Below, piece after piece: positions 1 through 32,903 of a stretch of DNA of 64,000 bases. The notes under the pieces were generated by a model. That model had not been told where the DNA came from, ran no database searches, and saw only the letters and a program-made list of their open reading frames with translations. The stretch is from Amoebidium appalachense. Taxonomy: Eukaryota > Protista > Ichthyosporea. Within the stretch, counting starts at the first letter, position 1, and the number at the start of each line of letters is the position of its first letter. A program made the translations under genes and the position numbers. The stretch lies in the NCBI GenBank assembly GCA_963693365.1, contig CAVNZM010000001.1, positions 11,434,161-11,498,160 on the forward strand, given 5' to 3'.

Positions 1-1085
1 ATCTATCGCTGCGAGACGGCAAATGGGCCACTGTTCATTGAAATGGATGATATTGCTGTCGAGTACCTGAGGTATGTTTTCATCCCTTTCTGTCAGTCCC
101 CACGTACCCTTCTCTCTGCTTCTTGCATCGGTTCTTCTGTTCTCAAAGCTTAGTGCAAAGCTGAGCACGTACTTCCTTATGTATGGGTCATTCCCATGTA
201 CCCTACTGGTGTTCCGGTATAATGCTGTTTCTGTCTTGAGGTTGAATTCTGCAGTTGTGAATGCTGGTACTTCTGTTAAGAATCTCTGGCTGCATTTGTC
301 ATTCAATCACGTTTGGGAATCGTTGCCATTCGTCATCGGTTTGCCTGTCGTTAATGACTCTTGGACTCACTGTTCTCCTTCCACCCCACAGCTATATCCA
401 GCACGAAAGGAATTGCGGCCGCCAGGTTGTTGTCACCGACTTTTTCAAGGAGGCACGCCAGTACGCCGAGGCCTGCAAACAGGCCGAAGAAGCGTCGATG
501 ACAGCCATGTGTGACGATGACTCCTCGGATATGGACCTTTACAGCGCAAGCAAGCAGCGCTATAGACCCCCTCGTCACAGCCGGAAATTCCAGCAGCAGC
601 AGCAGAAAAACAATGGTGGTGTGAGGACGAAGAACCCCCACCAGCAATACGAAAACCAACACGGGGCCGGGAGCGAAGAGGATTGCAACAGCGATCCAGA
701 CATTCCCTCGGCTTCGGTAGCCAAGGAAGAAGGGTCCCCCTCTGGGAGCCCGCGTACGTCGCACAGGCAGGGAAGGCGCACGAGCGCCCCTCATAGACAG
801 ACGCAATGCCACAATGGCGACCATCAATCGCAGTGGGCGTGTGGGCAACAAGACACGCTCGTCTACAAGCAACGCCAACGCTTTTCGCAGATTGTTCCTC
901 CCGCTTTCAAAAATGCCGCGCCGCAGAACACGCCTTCGGTTCAGCCAAGTCAGGTGTATGGGGCCGGGGCACAGTATAGCCAGGGGTGGCAGAGAAAGCA
1001 AAGTATCCCCCCATCAAATGCGAAACAGACCCCCCCTCGCGGCGGACGGCAGCAGCAGCAGCGTTTTTCAAGGTCACTCAAGTAG
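1..1085 (+). CDS. 3' part of a spliced gene of unknown function (exons <1-71 and 392-1085), with a Q/S-rich disordered C-terminus
   Basis: Frame IYRCETANGPLFIEMDDIAVEYL ends at AG|GTATGT (72). It resumes in phase after CCACAG (391) as SYIQHERNCGRQVVVTDFFKEARQYAEACK and stops at TAG 1083-1085. No family recognised. Confidence 0.7.
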
Positions 1086-2145
1086 GTTTGCGACTGTATT
1101 TTCGAAGAGATTTTTACGGGAGTTTTGAAATTGTCGTTAAAGTCTCATCTGGCTTATTTTGTATTGGGTATCGTTTGTAATGGATGTTTGATGGTAGTTT
1201 CCCGTTCTCCCACTCCTTGTTTTTCACGTGACCATATGCGAAGCTCAAATTTTTCTGATTATGTAGGTATTTTTCTGGACACATGAGGTTTCACTTCCCT
1301 TTTATCTTTTGTTTCCATTTTTGATGGATGGATGATATACATATAATGAGCAGGTATGATAGAAGAAATGTATGATTTTTATGGCTTTTGATAGGCTGTG
1401 AGCAGGCCTTTTGATTTTTTCTGTGTCAGTGTACAAGGAGTTTAGGTGAGAGTTGTGCAAATTATCTTCGACCCGTTAGCCGACCCGAGAAGCCACCCAC
1501 CCATGCTCGAAAAGAAGCGAGAATTCTGGTCTTAGAACAAAGCGGATATATCCCCGCTTGTGGCCAATGTGTGCACGTGTTTATTCACGTGGCGTCATTT
1601 GGGGTGACGTCATCGTGTGCCACCGTGCCTGAAGCACGTGATTGGGGCTGGTTCCCCCCTGTGGACCAATAAATCCCCCCTTGGTGCTATGATATATTTT
1701 AATCGGAAAGTCAAGATATTGTGCAGTATCCATTTCAACGTGTCTTTGCCCCCCCCCCCCCCCCCCCTTTTTTTTTTTTTTTTTGACCGCTTTCATGGTG
1801 CGTTGTTTTCTGGAACTTGTACTGCTCCGTCACGACCTGTGTTCAAACTCCCCTTTTCTTTCGATGAGTCACTTGAGTTCCCCCTGGGGGGTGCACTTAT
1901 TATGTTTTTGCTCAGTGGAAAACCTGCATTGTGCACGTGTTGTCCATTGCACATGTGTGCCTTGTATGCTCTGTAGACGTAACACGGTACACATTCTTCT
2001 CACGGTCTCCTCGCCTCCGAGGCCTCCTCGTCAACCCCTCCCCTCCCCTCCCCTTTCTTAAAGCTGGGAACACACATTGATTCGAGTCTTCTGCCAATGG
2101 TTTTTTATTCAATGTAGGTTTATGCAATGACCCTCCTCCTCCCCC

Positions 2146-2176
<31 letters not shown>

Positions 2177-3380
2177 AAAAAAAAAAAAAAAACACCACCA
2201 CCACCACCCACCACGCGTAGTAACACCACCACCAGCACCGCTGGTACCACCAAGAGCTAGAGAGCTACCCACCCATGTTCAAATGAAGCTGCAATACTGT
2301 CTGAGTCCCCCCGAATTCCCCCCCCACGGGCCCACCCCACTCCCCACCCCCACCAGCCATCATCGGCAACCGCCCATTTTACCTGAGCATGCGGCCACAA
2401 TTGCTCCAAATAATGGCCAATATATCATCACAATTACATCGTTTTGGGTCGCAAACGTTGAAATTTAAGGTGGTGATGGCGGTGGTGGTGAATTCGAATT
2501 CGATTGTGGTAGCTGTAGTAGCATGGGCGCACAAAATCATAGGTCATATGCGTAGCAAGGTGTGTGTGTGTGTGTGTGTGTGTGCACGTGCGTGTGTGTG
2601 TGTGTGCAGGTGTGTGTGTGTGTGCAGGTGTGTGTGTGTGTGTGGGAGTGTCCGTGTGTGTGGGTGGATGGGTGGGCCGGGTGGGTAGCTGTGGGGGGGG
2701 GGGGGGGGGGGGGGGCGGAGGGAAGGCCTGCATCCACAAATTCGAACGGCCCTGTACGTTAATGACCATAATTACTAATATTATCGCCCTACAGGCAGAA
2801 TACTGTTACAGCAGGGCCAATACTCCTATAAGTACAGTGAGCATTTTCTCGTTTTCCTAACCTGAAGTATATATAGGAGATGCGATGACTCCGACAAACA
2901 CTTGGAAAAAGGTCTTTACGGTTCGTTTTAAACTTTACACCACCACATGTACATGCACAATTTACCACCGTAACGATGCCCTATACTATTTATAGCTACG
3001 CAAGTCTTAGAGGTTTTGTCAAAGCATCAATCAAGTTTCTGTTTTACACGAAACCTTGTTCGATCAAGTTCATGGACGCTTATAATTGGTTTATACTTTT
3101 GGTACATCTGAGGTCAACCAAGCATGGCAGTGATCAGCACGCATATTACTGACATTTAATTGGCTACTTGATTCAGGCCAGCCACACGCAAAAAATACAA
3201 CCCCCCCCCCCCCCCCCCCTCCCCCCCACCAAAAAAAAAAAAAAAAAAAAAGGAAAGAAAGAAAGAAAAGAAAAGAAACGGGCAAAACCCCCTTTGAAAA
3301 AGGCTCACTTTTGTGACTGCTCTTGATACGTTTTGATTTGTGGGTGTGCAAGTGTGCACCTGTGCGTGTGTGCGTGCGTG

Positions 3381-3473
<93 letters not shown>

Positions 3474-3563
3474 GTGTTTTGTGTGTGCGTCTGTGTGTGT
3501 GCGCGTTGGTGAGGGAGGGGGAGAGGGTGTTTCAGATATTTACGCCACCACCACTTCCTCACC

Positions 3564-4856
3564 CTACTTATCCGCTTTAGCCATAGCTAATACCTGCTCG
3601 TATGTTGGATAGTCCGTATATCCCTTAGGCTTACGTCTGGTATCTCCTTTTGCAAGCGGCAAATTATGTTCGAGGCGGTAGGGAAGGTCAGGGTTCGAAA
3701 TGAAATTTCTGAAAGAATTCGCGTCCGAGTCACCCATTTCGACAAATTCAATCGCCTGTTCTCGTGTGATCCCCCCGCACTCAATGAGAACCCCCCTGTA
3801 AACATCCAGAGAAAACCCCACCGTGAATTTCAGGCTCGACTCGGGGAGCTGGGTTCCTGACCGCAAATATACCCCCGGATCGATCAGGTGAAGATATGCG
3901 AGATTAAATCTGTTCAATTCACCGACTACATATTTGAACAGTTTTCCCTTGTTGCTATCTTCGAGGTAAACTGGAGGAGAGAGCCTCAATCCGACCCTAG
4001 AGCCCCCACAACGAAGTTCCACAACTTCAGGCACACATCGTGTGCGATTCTCGATCAATCCGCTATGGCGATCCGTGCGAATATTCGTTCCTTCGTGGAG
4101 GAATTGGTCGATAAGGTAACCATTCACGCCGTGGACTGCCACCCCACCAAACCCCGCCTCAATCGTGCCTTTCGCTGCGTGGCCGTAATCACCGATTACA
4201 CGTGGGATCTCCGAAGTTTCGGGAGTGCGTGGGGTTTCATATGGAACGCGCTCACCCGCGTTTGTTTGCACCCTACTGGTGGATTTAACGGGGATAGAGG
4301 AGGCGGAAACTGGAGAACCGCCGATGGGTTGGAATGAGGAGTGAGATTGGCGGCCCTGGTGCCACAGTTGCCCAAAATTATAGCCTCCTGGGGCGGGGAA
4401 GGGGGGGGGGAGGGAGGAGAGGGGAGAGGGGGGTCGGGTTGTATGTGTGTGTGTGTGTGTGTGCGCGCGCGCGCGCACACGCGCGTACATGGGAGGGGTG
4501 CCAGAGTCCGGGGGGAGGGGGGGGGGGGGGTAGATTGTGTCACTATTAGAATACGAAGCACACACTCATGATATACAACACAATGAATATTTTGCAAAGC
4601 CCCACAGTTGTATTACAAGCAACCCCCCCCCCCCCCCCCCCTCCCCCCCCCCCCCCATCCCCCTCCCTAGTGTTGATTACACAAAGCCTTTTTTTTGGGA
4701 AGGGGGGAAGGGGGGAGGGGGGTAGGGTTGTAAACTTGATGGATAAACTTTCTTTTTGGGAAAGGGGAGACTCTGAGGGAGGAACCGGGGGGGGGGGGGG
4801 GGGGGGGGGAAGTATAAGGCTTAGGAGGGGATTGGGGATGAGGGGGGGAGGGGGGG

Positions 4857-4892
<36 letters not shown>

Positions 4893-5841
4893 GGGAGAAA
4901 GATTTAGAGACTGGTATGCATCTATCAATGTATGTGACGTGTGTTTTTCCATGCAAGCGAGTTTGGTCCAAGCCCCCCCCCTCCCCCCCCCCCCTTTTTT
5001 TTGGGGTGGGGGGGGAGAGGGGAGAGTAGCGGGGGGAGCGGGGGGAGGGGGGGAGGGGGGAGGGGGAGGGGAGAGGGGAAGATTGCGGATCTTGGAATTA
5101 TATTTTCACTCTTAACACTATGCATTCCCAGTTAAGTTAAGGTACTAAGCAAGCTCTAAAGGCTTCCCAGATCTGAGCATAAGCATCAAGGAATGCTATT
5201 CCTATTAGATGGCCCGTGTCACATTCTCAGGCACTAGGTTTATATACACCACGAACTTGTGGGTGCTCATAGGTAGTGTAGAATATTGCATATGCCATGG
5301 AGTCGTGGAGCAGCACACTTATGATTGGCATTTTGTAAGGTTTTGTGAGTACATGCTACAGTTCTGAGTCCATCCCACACTTTGGTTTCCCTGTTGTGAA
5401 ACAAGTTATGCACAGAAATATATCATTAAAGCGAGGCACATAAAGAATATGCAAGGAGTTTGGTTTGGAATTAAGCAGTATAAGAAAAGCGTGCTGCAAA
5501 TGGGAGAGGGAAGGAAGGTCAGGCACCATGCATGTTCAGAAACCCTTACCTTTGTGATGCACAGCATCATTAACCTTCCTAAACGCGTTCACCTGTTCAG
5601 GTGTAAATATACCTGGGGCATCTTTAGTTCCCTGTCCGTCCTAGCTTATTTGCATAGCCTCAGAAATATGCAAACCACCTACTGAGGTGCGCTGTGTGTA
5701 GTATTTAATGGCTACATAGCTCGCACTGAATCTCGCTGGGATCTGCCCGGCAGCTGGTGAAGGGGACAATGCAACGGGGTGACGGTGGAGGTTCATGTTG
5801 CCCGCACGAAATGGGGTGAATAACTTCGGTTTGAGTGCCAT
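3564..5841 (-). pseudogene. Old Yellow Enzyme / N-ethylmaleimide reductase-like flavin oxidoreductase, probable pseudogene (exons 5841-5550 and 4387-3564)
   Basis: OYE motifs are present: LFTPF, YYTQR.S.GGL.ISEA, PGIFT.EQ, QLWHQGR, HGVNGYLIDQFL, N.RTD, ENRTR, FISNPDLP, GYTDYP. Lesions are an in-frame TAG at 5641-5643, a compensated frameshift in the 'P.T.CRA' motif, and small deletions (FGR and TFY motifs missing). Confidence 0.85.
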
Positions 5842-8626
5842 TTGAAAAAGTGGGTGTAATAAGTTAAGTCAGGAAGCAATGGCGGGTCAGTGTCTGACAC
5901 GAACTGACAGTGTCGCGCGCCATCTCCGAGCTAAACCGGATCGCCGACGGCGGCGATTTTTTTCCTTCCTTCTTCGCAGCCATCTTTTCCCTGCAGTCTT
6001 TTTTCTTCGCAGCCTTCCTTCTTCGCAGCAGTCACTTCGCGTACACAGATAAGCATTGTCATTACTAGCGAGACATTTCTAGCTGAGGTAGGAAGGAAAA
6101 TGAGGCACCACCAAGGCCTCTTGCAGTAATCTCCCGGGCCTGGAAACTGGTGCGTCACGATCTTAATCTGAATTCCGGGCCAGGCCTGACCCGAAATGAT
6201 CACCGATTCCAGCCTGTTCCGAAAATAGCATTAAAATGAAAGGCCTGTTCCGAAAATAGTAACAGGCTGGTTTGGCGGGCAAATTGGCCAATCGCATCGT
6301 TCGTAGCTGACTGTTCAAGCTGTTGTTTACGTTTCCGAGCAGGCTGAGCCTCATACCGTTGTTGTTTTTTGCTCAGGACAAACACCAAACGAACGCCAAA
6401 ATCCTTGGCTCTTAAGCACTGTTAAGCTACGTATTTAGCTAATCTAAAATGGGGTATAAAGACGCCTATTCATAATAGTGTGTATGGCTGCCAGTCCAAC
6501 TACGCAACTACGCCTTCGGGCAGGAAAGGCACTGTGCTGCAGTGTAAAGCCAAAGGATGCTTCTGAACAACCACGTTCAAAATGGGTGGCGGATTATATT
6601 TACCCTAAGATAAGGAGTTTTGAATTAAGAAACCCGCCACACGGAAGGAAAGGGGTTGAAGGGAGAATAATAGGAAGCAACTCAAACCCACTTGTGTTCA
6701 CAACCCCCTCCTCCCCCCCCCCCCCCCCCCCCCCCCCCCCCACCACCACCACCACCACCACCACCACGCATCCTGACATTTGGGGGGGATGCCTGGTTGG
6801 CTAGGCTTTGTTATTCCCCGTTTCCTCCCTTTGCACAGCTAACCGTGTGGTTTCCCGGTGCCTACCGCTCCACCCATCACTAGAGGTTGTGCCCCCCTCC
6901 CCCCCCCCCCCCCCCCCCCCCCCCACCCCACCCACACACACACACACTCGCAGTACCAATAAACGATAGTCTCTGCTCCCTCCCGACCTTTTTCCTGCCC
7001 ATCTAGCAACTCTCTTTGAAAATTAAATAAGGCCGAACCAAGTATATATACTCAAAACATGGTTTAAGCTTCTTATGCTTCGAAAAAAAGAGGGAGTGAG
7101 GGAGGGAGAGAGAGAGTGAGAGTGAAAGGGAGCGAGAGAGAGCTATCGAGTGTGTGTGTGGATAGGTGAGTATGTGTGTGTGTGGTTGTGCGGCCGATGT
7201 GGGGTGTGCGTATTTCTTTTAGGCCTTTTGTGTATATGCGTGTGTGCGTGCGTGACTGTGTACATGTTTGGGTGTGTGCGTGTTTGCGTTTCCACTGTGC
7301 CGACGCCGGAGTCTGAAGTTGTGTGTTAAGGAGCTCTTTCTCTCCCTCGGCTCTTTGCTCGGCGCAGGAGTGAGAGCGTGTATAATGGGTGTTTGTATGT
7401 GTGTGTGCGTGTGTGTGTGTGTGCCAGTGTTCCTCCCTTCTCCCCCCCCCCCCCCCCCCCCCCCTCCCCCCCTTCTCCTACCCCTTCTCCTCTTACGCCA
7501 CACCCACCACCACCACCCATACCACTGTAACCCTGGTTGGCACACGCAACCACATTAGCTCCACAGCTGAAACATAAATACATATTTGTGCATTTATGTG
7601 TGTTTGTGTTTATAAGATAATCATGTATGACGGCTTCAAGTAGTCATGTTTCTTCTTGCGGGTCAGTGAGCCTTGGAATGCTTCGCGTGTTTTGAGCACT
7701 GTACGTGTACGTGTCGATAGACTCAGCCGCTCGATCGATCCGAGTCTGCCACCTACTGAGATGGCTCCTTATTTTTCCTTACACATTCAGCGAACACTGG
7801 ACTCTATCGAACCGTCGAGGCGCCGCGACAGAAAGCATGCACGCGGTCGCGAGAGTGTAAGGAAAAATCGGAAAGTTCATCGCAGTGCGTGCACACCGTC
7901 AGTACGTGTGAGGATCCGAGTCCAACCCAGCCTGTTCCATTTTTAGATTGCGATTCGAACCCTGAGGCCTTGCTAGGCCGGGGAGAGCCTTTTGGAGTGC
8001 GCACGCACCCCTCCATGTACCGTGAGCCCACCGAGCGCTGATTGGCTAAATCTGATCATTCCTGGAAAGAGCGCCCAGATGATTGGCTATCATCTGAACC
8101 TACCAGAGCAATCGTCACATGAAATTAGCCCATTATTTCTCGATTTTCAATTACACTTTCAGCAAAATAAATCGTTTTTAAATAAGATTTTTGGAACAAG
8201 AGGAATCAGATCCCATTTTCAGTTGCTCTAGGGGTAATACCTGTGATGGCCGCTGGCTGAGCGGCCTGGCGGTTGACCAAAAGGAAGCGAAAGGAAGAAG
8301 AAAACGAAAACGAGAAAAAAAGTGAGCTGATGAAGTAGGTGAAAGGTGTGAATTAAACACGAGAAGGTGTGAATTAAACACGAGATTGGAGGGGAGAAAC
8401 AGGAGAGCGAAAGACAAGAGGAACAAATGAACTATAAGGCTGATGGTAAAAACCTCTGATGGAGAAGGCAAGGTGTTACGCGGGAGGAAAGTGACAGGTC
8501 TGACATGATACGTTGTCTGCCATCAGTTCTGTTAATGCCTACGCTGGCAATGCCTAGAGGTCATTCCTGGACACGCACGCACACACAAATACCGTGTTCC
8601 CAGAAAATACATTTGCGTAGACCTCC

Positions 8627-16896
<8,270 letters not shown>

Positions 16897-18129
16897 AGGG
16901 TCGTATAGTGTCTGTGCGTAAGTTTAAGGTCTTAGTGCGTTGTGGTGGGTTAGTTGGAAGGTTTTTTAGGTTTAGCTATAGGTTTTGTATGCAGCTCTAG
17001 AAAAGCAAATCCAATGATGCCGCATGTGGTGTGGTTTACGGGCGCAACGTACAAGTGTGTATGTATACTTGAACACCCCCACACATGTGCACGTGCTAAT
17101 GTGGGCGCGCGGAGAAAAGAATGAATGAGTGAAAGGTTGAAGTTTGTGTGTGCCTTTCTCCGTTTTTACGCGTTTATAATGCATGAATGGGATTTCCTAT
17201 GACTTTTTCATTCGTCACAGAGGTCGCATCATCTTTTTCGTTTTTATTGCCTGCCTTTTGCCGAATCTCGTCTTTGTATTCCTATGAATGAATTATCTCG
17301 AATATGACATACTTGCCAATAATGGTAAACAATACTCCATGCGGAATGCTATGATAACATTCAATTTCCATTGTTTATATTCCGGTAAATTCGAATGTTT
17401 TTTAGTAGACTCACTTGCCATCTTTGAGCCTTTGTCCATGTGGCAAACAGCAGGACGCGATCACAACCTCACAAAAAATTCCAAGATTTTCCTGTTTTCC
17501 AAATGCAATATCGCCAATTTGGTGATATGCAAGTATGTAGAAGATGAAGATGGTGGTGGTCAGCTGCACCAAAATTTAATTTGCCCCCCCTGCCCCCCCC
17601 CCCCCCCCCCCCCCTCCCCTTCCCCCCCGTGCGCGGGTTTAATCCATTGGTGTATAGGTTTTCTGAAAATTCACGGAAAATCACCAAAACAAGTTGGTTA
17701 ATCTGAATATCGGGGTGTTTTATAACTCATGATCCTTAAATTATTTAGGGGAACTCAAAAGTGAAGATACTCACATAAATACATTAATTCGAACGATCAC
17801 TTTCCACACATTTGGCAGTGTCAAATCTGTCCCACAATCACAACGTTTCATATAATGATGCTTTAGGCCACCGGCCTGCCCGAACCATATTGAAATGGGC
17901 GAACACTCAGTGACCCATAATACATGTTGCAAAGAGTCACTGGCCTACGGTGACGTCATAGCTGCAGGACGGGTTGTTAGGACGTGGCCTCTCTGTCGAA
18001 TGCTACGCTCATGATCTAATTTGCGGAAATAAAATTATATGATGACCCTGACGCTTCTCTTCCTTTTCAATACTCTATATAAACTGATGACCCCCCCCGT
18101 AAACCCCCCCCCCCCCCCCCCCCCCCAGA

Positions 18130-18165
<36 letters not shown>

Positions 18166-18205
18166 CGAGACTTCTCCCTCTCTCATATCACTAAGATTCG
18201 ATCCT

Positions 18206-18244
<39 letters not shown>

Positions 18245-19128
18245 AAAAAGTTTAGTACACATATACATGTGCTGTACTTCACTACACCACAGCTTTATTA
18301 TTAGCACAATATCAGTGACATCAACGTCCTAGAACAGGCCTATGCCTAAATCAACGGCCCGGATGCGCACATGCGCTGATTTCCATTTATGGATATATAT
18401 GGTATTGTCTGATTTCCATTTATGGATATATTATCTGATTTCCATTTGTTGGCTATGTTCACGTAGATCGCTTTTTCGGACATGGCTTAACATGCGCACG
18501 GCTGTCACACTACTGGCTATTCATGTATAACAAACCCTTCTACTACCGAAAGTTTTTCTACAGGTCTTCATTATTGGTTCCGATCGAATCCGATTATACA
18601 GGATTACCCATATAACGCAACTGTGCAAAGTTGCCATCCAAGGGGCATTTACAGCTACGAGCTCTGTGAGCACCTACAACATTAGGATACATCTATCCAT
18701 GGGCAAAAACCATTTGCGTGCATCATTTACCATTGCAACTGCGTGTTATCCTGATTATAATACTTCATACTATCATGCACTACGACCATACCATCGTACC
18801 TTCGCATAGCAGCCAACCCCGGACGATCGATAAACGCAAAGAAAAAAAAGGAAAAAAAACGAGGAAAAAGAAAAAACGAGCTTTCGGCAATAAAATCAGT
18901 CAACCTACGGCTCATGCATTGCACCACAAAAAGGTCAGTCTACTTGACAATCAAGTTTCTGCCTATCAAGTCCCTTTCCAAACTTGACTACAATTCTACG
19001 TAAGAAGCAGCCTCCAGCTCCCCCTACGTTATTTTCAACACAAACCCTCACACTCACAACATGACATGTACATAGAATACAGATATCTAGATCCTATCTC
19101 CCATTTAGTGGGGACAAGTGCATATATC

Positions 19129-28046
<8,918 letters not shown>

Positions 28047-29598
28047 CTTGAAATTTTGCGGCCAAAGGGCCCTGCCAGTGCGTTCGAGATCTGGATGGGA
28101 AAAAATGAGGGGGGGGGGGCAGGGAGGGAGAGGGCGAGGGTGGGGCGGGGAGAAGGGGGGAGAAGGAAGGGCGGGGAGAGAACGGTTCTGTTTATTGTCC
28201 ATCAGCAGTAGTAGTGAAAGAAAAATAGAAAGCGGATTTTATTTTAAAATTTTTGATTTAGACTCATAAATTCCCTTCCTGGTTTCGGACCAGATTTGTG
28301 GTGTACTATGGCACGGCTTCCTGGCTAGCCGTCTTTTTGCACATCATTCTTTGAGTGTGTTATAGTAATTTGGTAATGTTAGTGCCACATGTGTGCATGT
28401 GCCGCAGCATGTGTGTGCATGTGCGCATGTGCGCGCGTGCGTGTGTGTGTGTGTGACGTGTGTAGGGTTGCCGCGGTGTGTGCGTGCGTGTGCATGTATG
28501 TATTTTTGTGTGCGTGTGTTCGTGCGCGCGCGCGTGTGTGTACTTGTGTGTCTGAGCGTGTGAAAGTGCGCGTGCGCGCATTCCTGGCAAGTGCTATGGG
28601 TGAGTGTACCAGATCCATGTCGTGTGCGAGAGTGTGTGCGAACCTATGCGCATGTGATTGTTTGCATGCAGGTGTTCACTGTTCCATGTGTGTGTGTAAG
28701 CTTGTTTGCGCAATGCCAGTTGGTTTGTTTAGCAAGTGAGAAGAAAGGAGTTACAGAACAAAGAAACCTGTCCCGTAGGGTGTTTGACGAGGGGGCGAGG
28801 GAGGTTGGCTGTCAAAAAAAAAAGGATGCAGATCTGCGGGTACGGAAGAGTACTCAGCAAGGATGCGCGAAAAGACTACAAGCGGGCATGACTAACTGAG
28901 CCGTTTCTATTAAAATACATATATTAACCACGACACATCTACCTTGTTAGCTTCGCTGATTTTGGCCCCAGTATGTTGCTTTTCACTTCAAGAATTGGTG
29001 TGCAGTGTCTTCACGTTTCTTCCTCTTGTCGTTGACTGTTTCACAGCATGCAAGCAACATGTGGTGTCGTAAATGACCAAACTATGCATACCATGCACTC
29101 GTATGTAAGGTGTGTGCAAGTTTAGAAGGTTACATGCTATTTGCAAATTCAACGCACTTAGGTGAAAGTCCTGAGAAACAAGCCGTTAGAGACGATGTGA
29201 GAATCGAAGGAAGAAAGGTGCTTTTTCAAAGTTTTTCTGCTGCCGGAGTCAGGCTCATTCAGGACCAAGGCCTCCTAAATAAGGTGTGCTATTTAGGAGG
29301 CGTTGTTCAGGACTCAGGACTCAGGAGTCACATCAAGGAGACCTTGGAAAGTTGGATCACAATTGGAATGTTCAGCGGAACCATTTGATTGGCTTTTACT
29401 TAACAATTCAAACTAGTCTAACAAAGTATTCGTCATCAGTGACATCATTTGATATATTGAACGGTTAGCAAGGCTAAGAAAAAGAAACAGATTGTTTATA
29501 CTAAACAAACATTATCAAGATGGTGCGCACTGGCATGAGGTCCTCTCTCTTCTCTCCTGACATCATGATCGAGCCAGATGGCCTCTCCCCGAGTTTCT

Positions 29599-29639
<41 letters not shown>

Positions 29640-29687
29640 CCTCTTTCTCTCTCTCTCCCTCTCTCTCTCCCTCCCCCCTCCTCTCTG

Positions 29688-29749
<62 letters not shown>

Positions 29750-29815
29750 CTCTCTCTCTCTCTCTTCTCTCTACATATCTCTCTCCCTCCCCCCTCCTCT
29801 CTGTCTGTATATATA

Positions 29816-30010
<195 letters not shown>

Positions 30011-30190
30011 TGTCACTCATTATCTCTCTCCCCGAGTCGATTCGGACTTGCCAAGGCAGCTTATGATTATTCAATTTGGCTCAAGTTGCCTGAATAAATA
30101 CTGTAACATCCTGTTTAAAATTTTTCAGAATTGCGCGAATGTATTTGCCACGAATATCATGATTCAAGAATCAGTAAATCCCCACATGGT

Positions 30191-30225
<35 letters not shown>

Positions 30226-30297
30226 TCAGAGTTCCGTGCCACATGATACACATCCCTCCTCCCCCCTCCCTCCCCCCGGAGAACGCGGCCGCCCTTT

Positions 30298-30356
<59 letters not shown>

Positions 30357-30754
30357 CACACGCACGCACGCACGCACGCGCGCGCGCACACACACATGCG
30401 CGCGCGCATGTACACACACACACACACACACACACACAGCTATCCGGAAAGTTTCCCATTGTTTTTTTGTGAGAACGGCCAAAGTCCCCACTCACTGACA
30501 TCAAACTGGATTTGAACCCCCCCCCCCCCTCCCCCCCCCCCCCTCCCCTCCCCCTCGCCCTCCCCCCCCCCTCCCTGCGGGAAAAATGTAGGATCGCGCT
30601 GTGTGGACTACACATTATGACCCCACTGTACCATTGCTTTGCACGCACTGTCAAGAGAAAAGGGTGTTTGTAGAGTGAAGGATTAGCACGATTCAGAGTC
30701 CCGTGTTACTCACAGGCAGGCAGACTCAGTTGATAATAGGATCATAGTCATGCT

Positions 30755-31745
<991 letters not shown>

Positions 31746-31907
31746 CCTGGCGCAGGGGTTACTAAATTCGTGTGTACACATGTCAACTTGGCATTTTAGA
31801 TTTTATTGCATCCTAGCAGAGGACGTGCATCTCGAGCGGTGTGCCTCTTAAACTCTTCAAGTTCATAGCGCAGGTGCAATAGGTACGCGAAGCTGCATGC
31901 AGCCTGA

Positions 31908-31953
<46 letters not shown>

Positions 31954-32281
31954 GTCACCAATTGATACAGCAACTTGAGGAAAATCACTGAACTTTGGCG
32001 AAGATCTTCGTAACTAAAACTATATGTGCATGGATTTCGCCGACCGAAATTTGCCACATTCGAACCTTAAAAGTTCGTGTAAATAATATCAACCTAACCA
32101 AGACCCTGGGAGGAGCATCAAGTGAACACAGACATCGAATTTTTGGGTCAGACGCCAGCCACTCCACGTTGCCAACATCCAGGGAACTTCAAAAAAAAAA
32201 AAAAAAAAAAAAAAGTCACCACGAACATCATGAAAAAAAAAACAAATATATTCAAACTCAGTCAGTGGTCACAAAATGGGA

Positions 32282-32513
32282 CTAGCAACCCCAGCACTGT
32301 GGACGACAGAAGCCCCAGCGGCACCTCCAGTAGTTTGAAAAGGGCCCCCAGAATTGGCAGCGACGGATGCACCAAAAGCACCGTCCACACCACCCACCGC
32401 CAAACCCGGGCCCGCCCCCAAACCCAGGTCCACCCCCGAAACCGGCCTGACGTCTGTCCACATCGTGTGCTCCGTCCTGCTCGTAGGCCACCTGTGTGAG
32501 AGGTGGTGGTGGT

Positions 32514-32547
<34 letters not shown>

Positions 32548-32864
32548 GGGGGGGGGTGCAACATGCCGGGCGGAGGATACAAAGGATCACCATCATATGA
32601 TAATTATGTCCAACGGTGCTCGCAACTCAAGGCCCGATGTCCCCCCCCCCCCCTCCCCCCCTCCCCCCCCCTCTCTCCCTTTTTCCCGCGCCCCGGGGCC
32701 ACCCCCCCCCCCCCCCCTCCCCCCTCCCCCCCCCCCCCCCCCCCCCCTCTGCCTCCCCCAGAAAAAAACTTTGAAACAAAGAAGAAGAAAAAAAACCTCT
32801 CCCGTCCCCCTCTCCCAAACCTCCTCCCCGCACCCCCCTCCCCCTTCCCCCCTTCCCCCCCTCC

Positions 32865-32903
<39 letters not shown>

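Noticed and set aside
7945-8030. tRNA or SINE suggested by GGTTCGAAT on the minus strand (also near 31740)
   Set aside because: No T-stem pairing, acceptor stem or A-box could be built.
32357-32389. Ferredoxin-type CxxCxxCxxxC Fe-S motif in the peptides
   Set aside because: The spacing matches, but there is no following Pro and the peptide has a signal peptide, so disulfides are more plausible.
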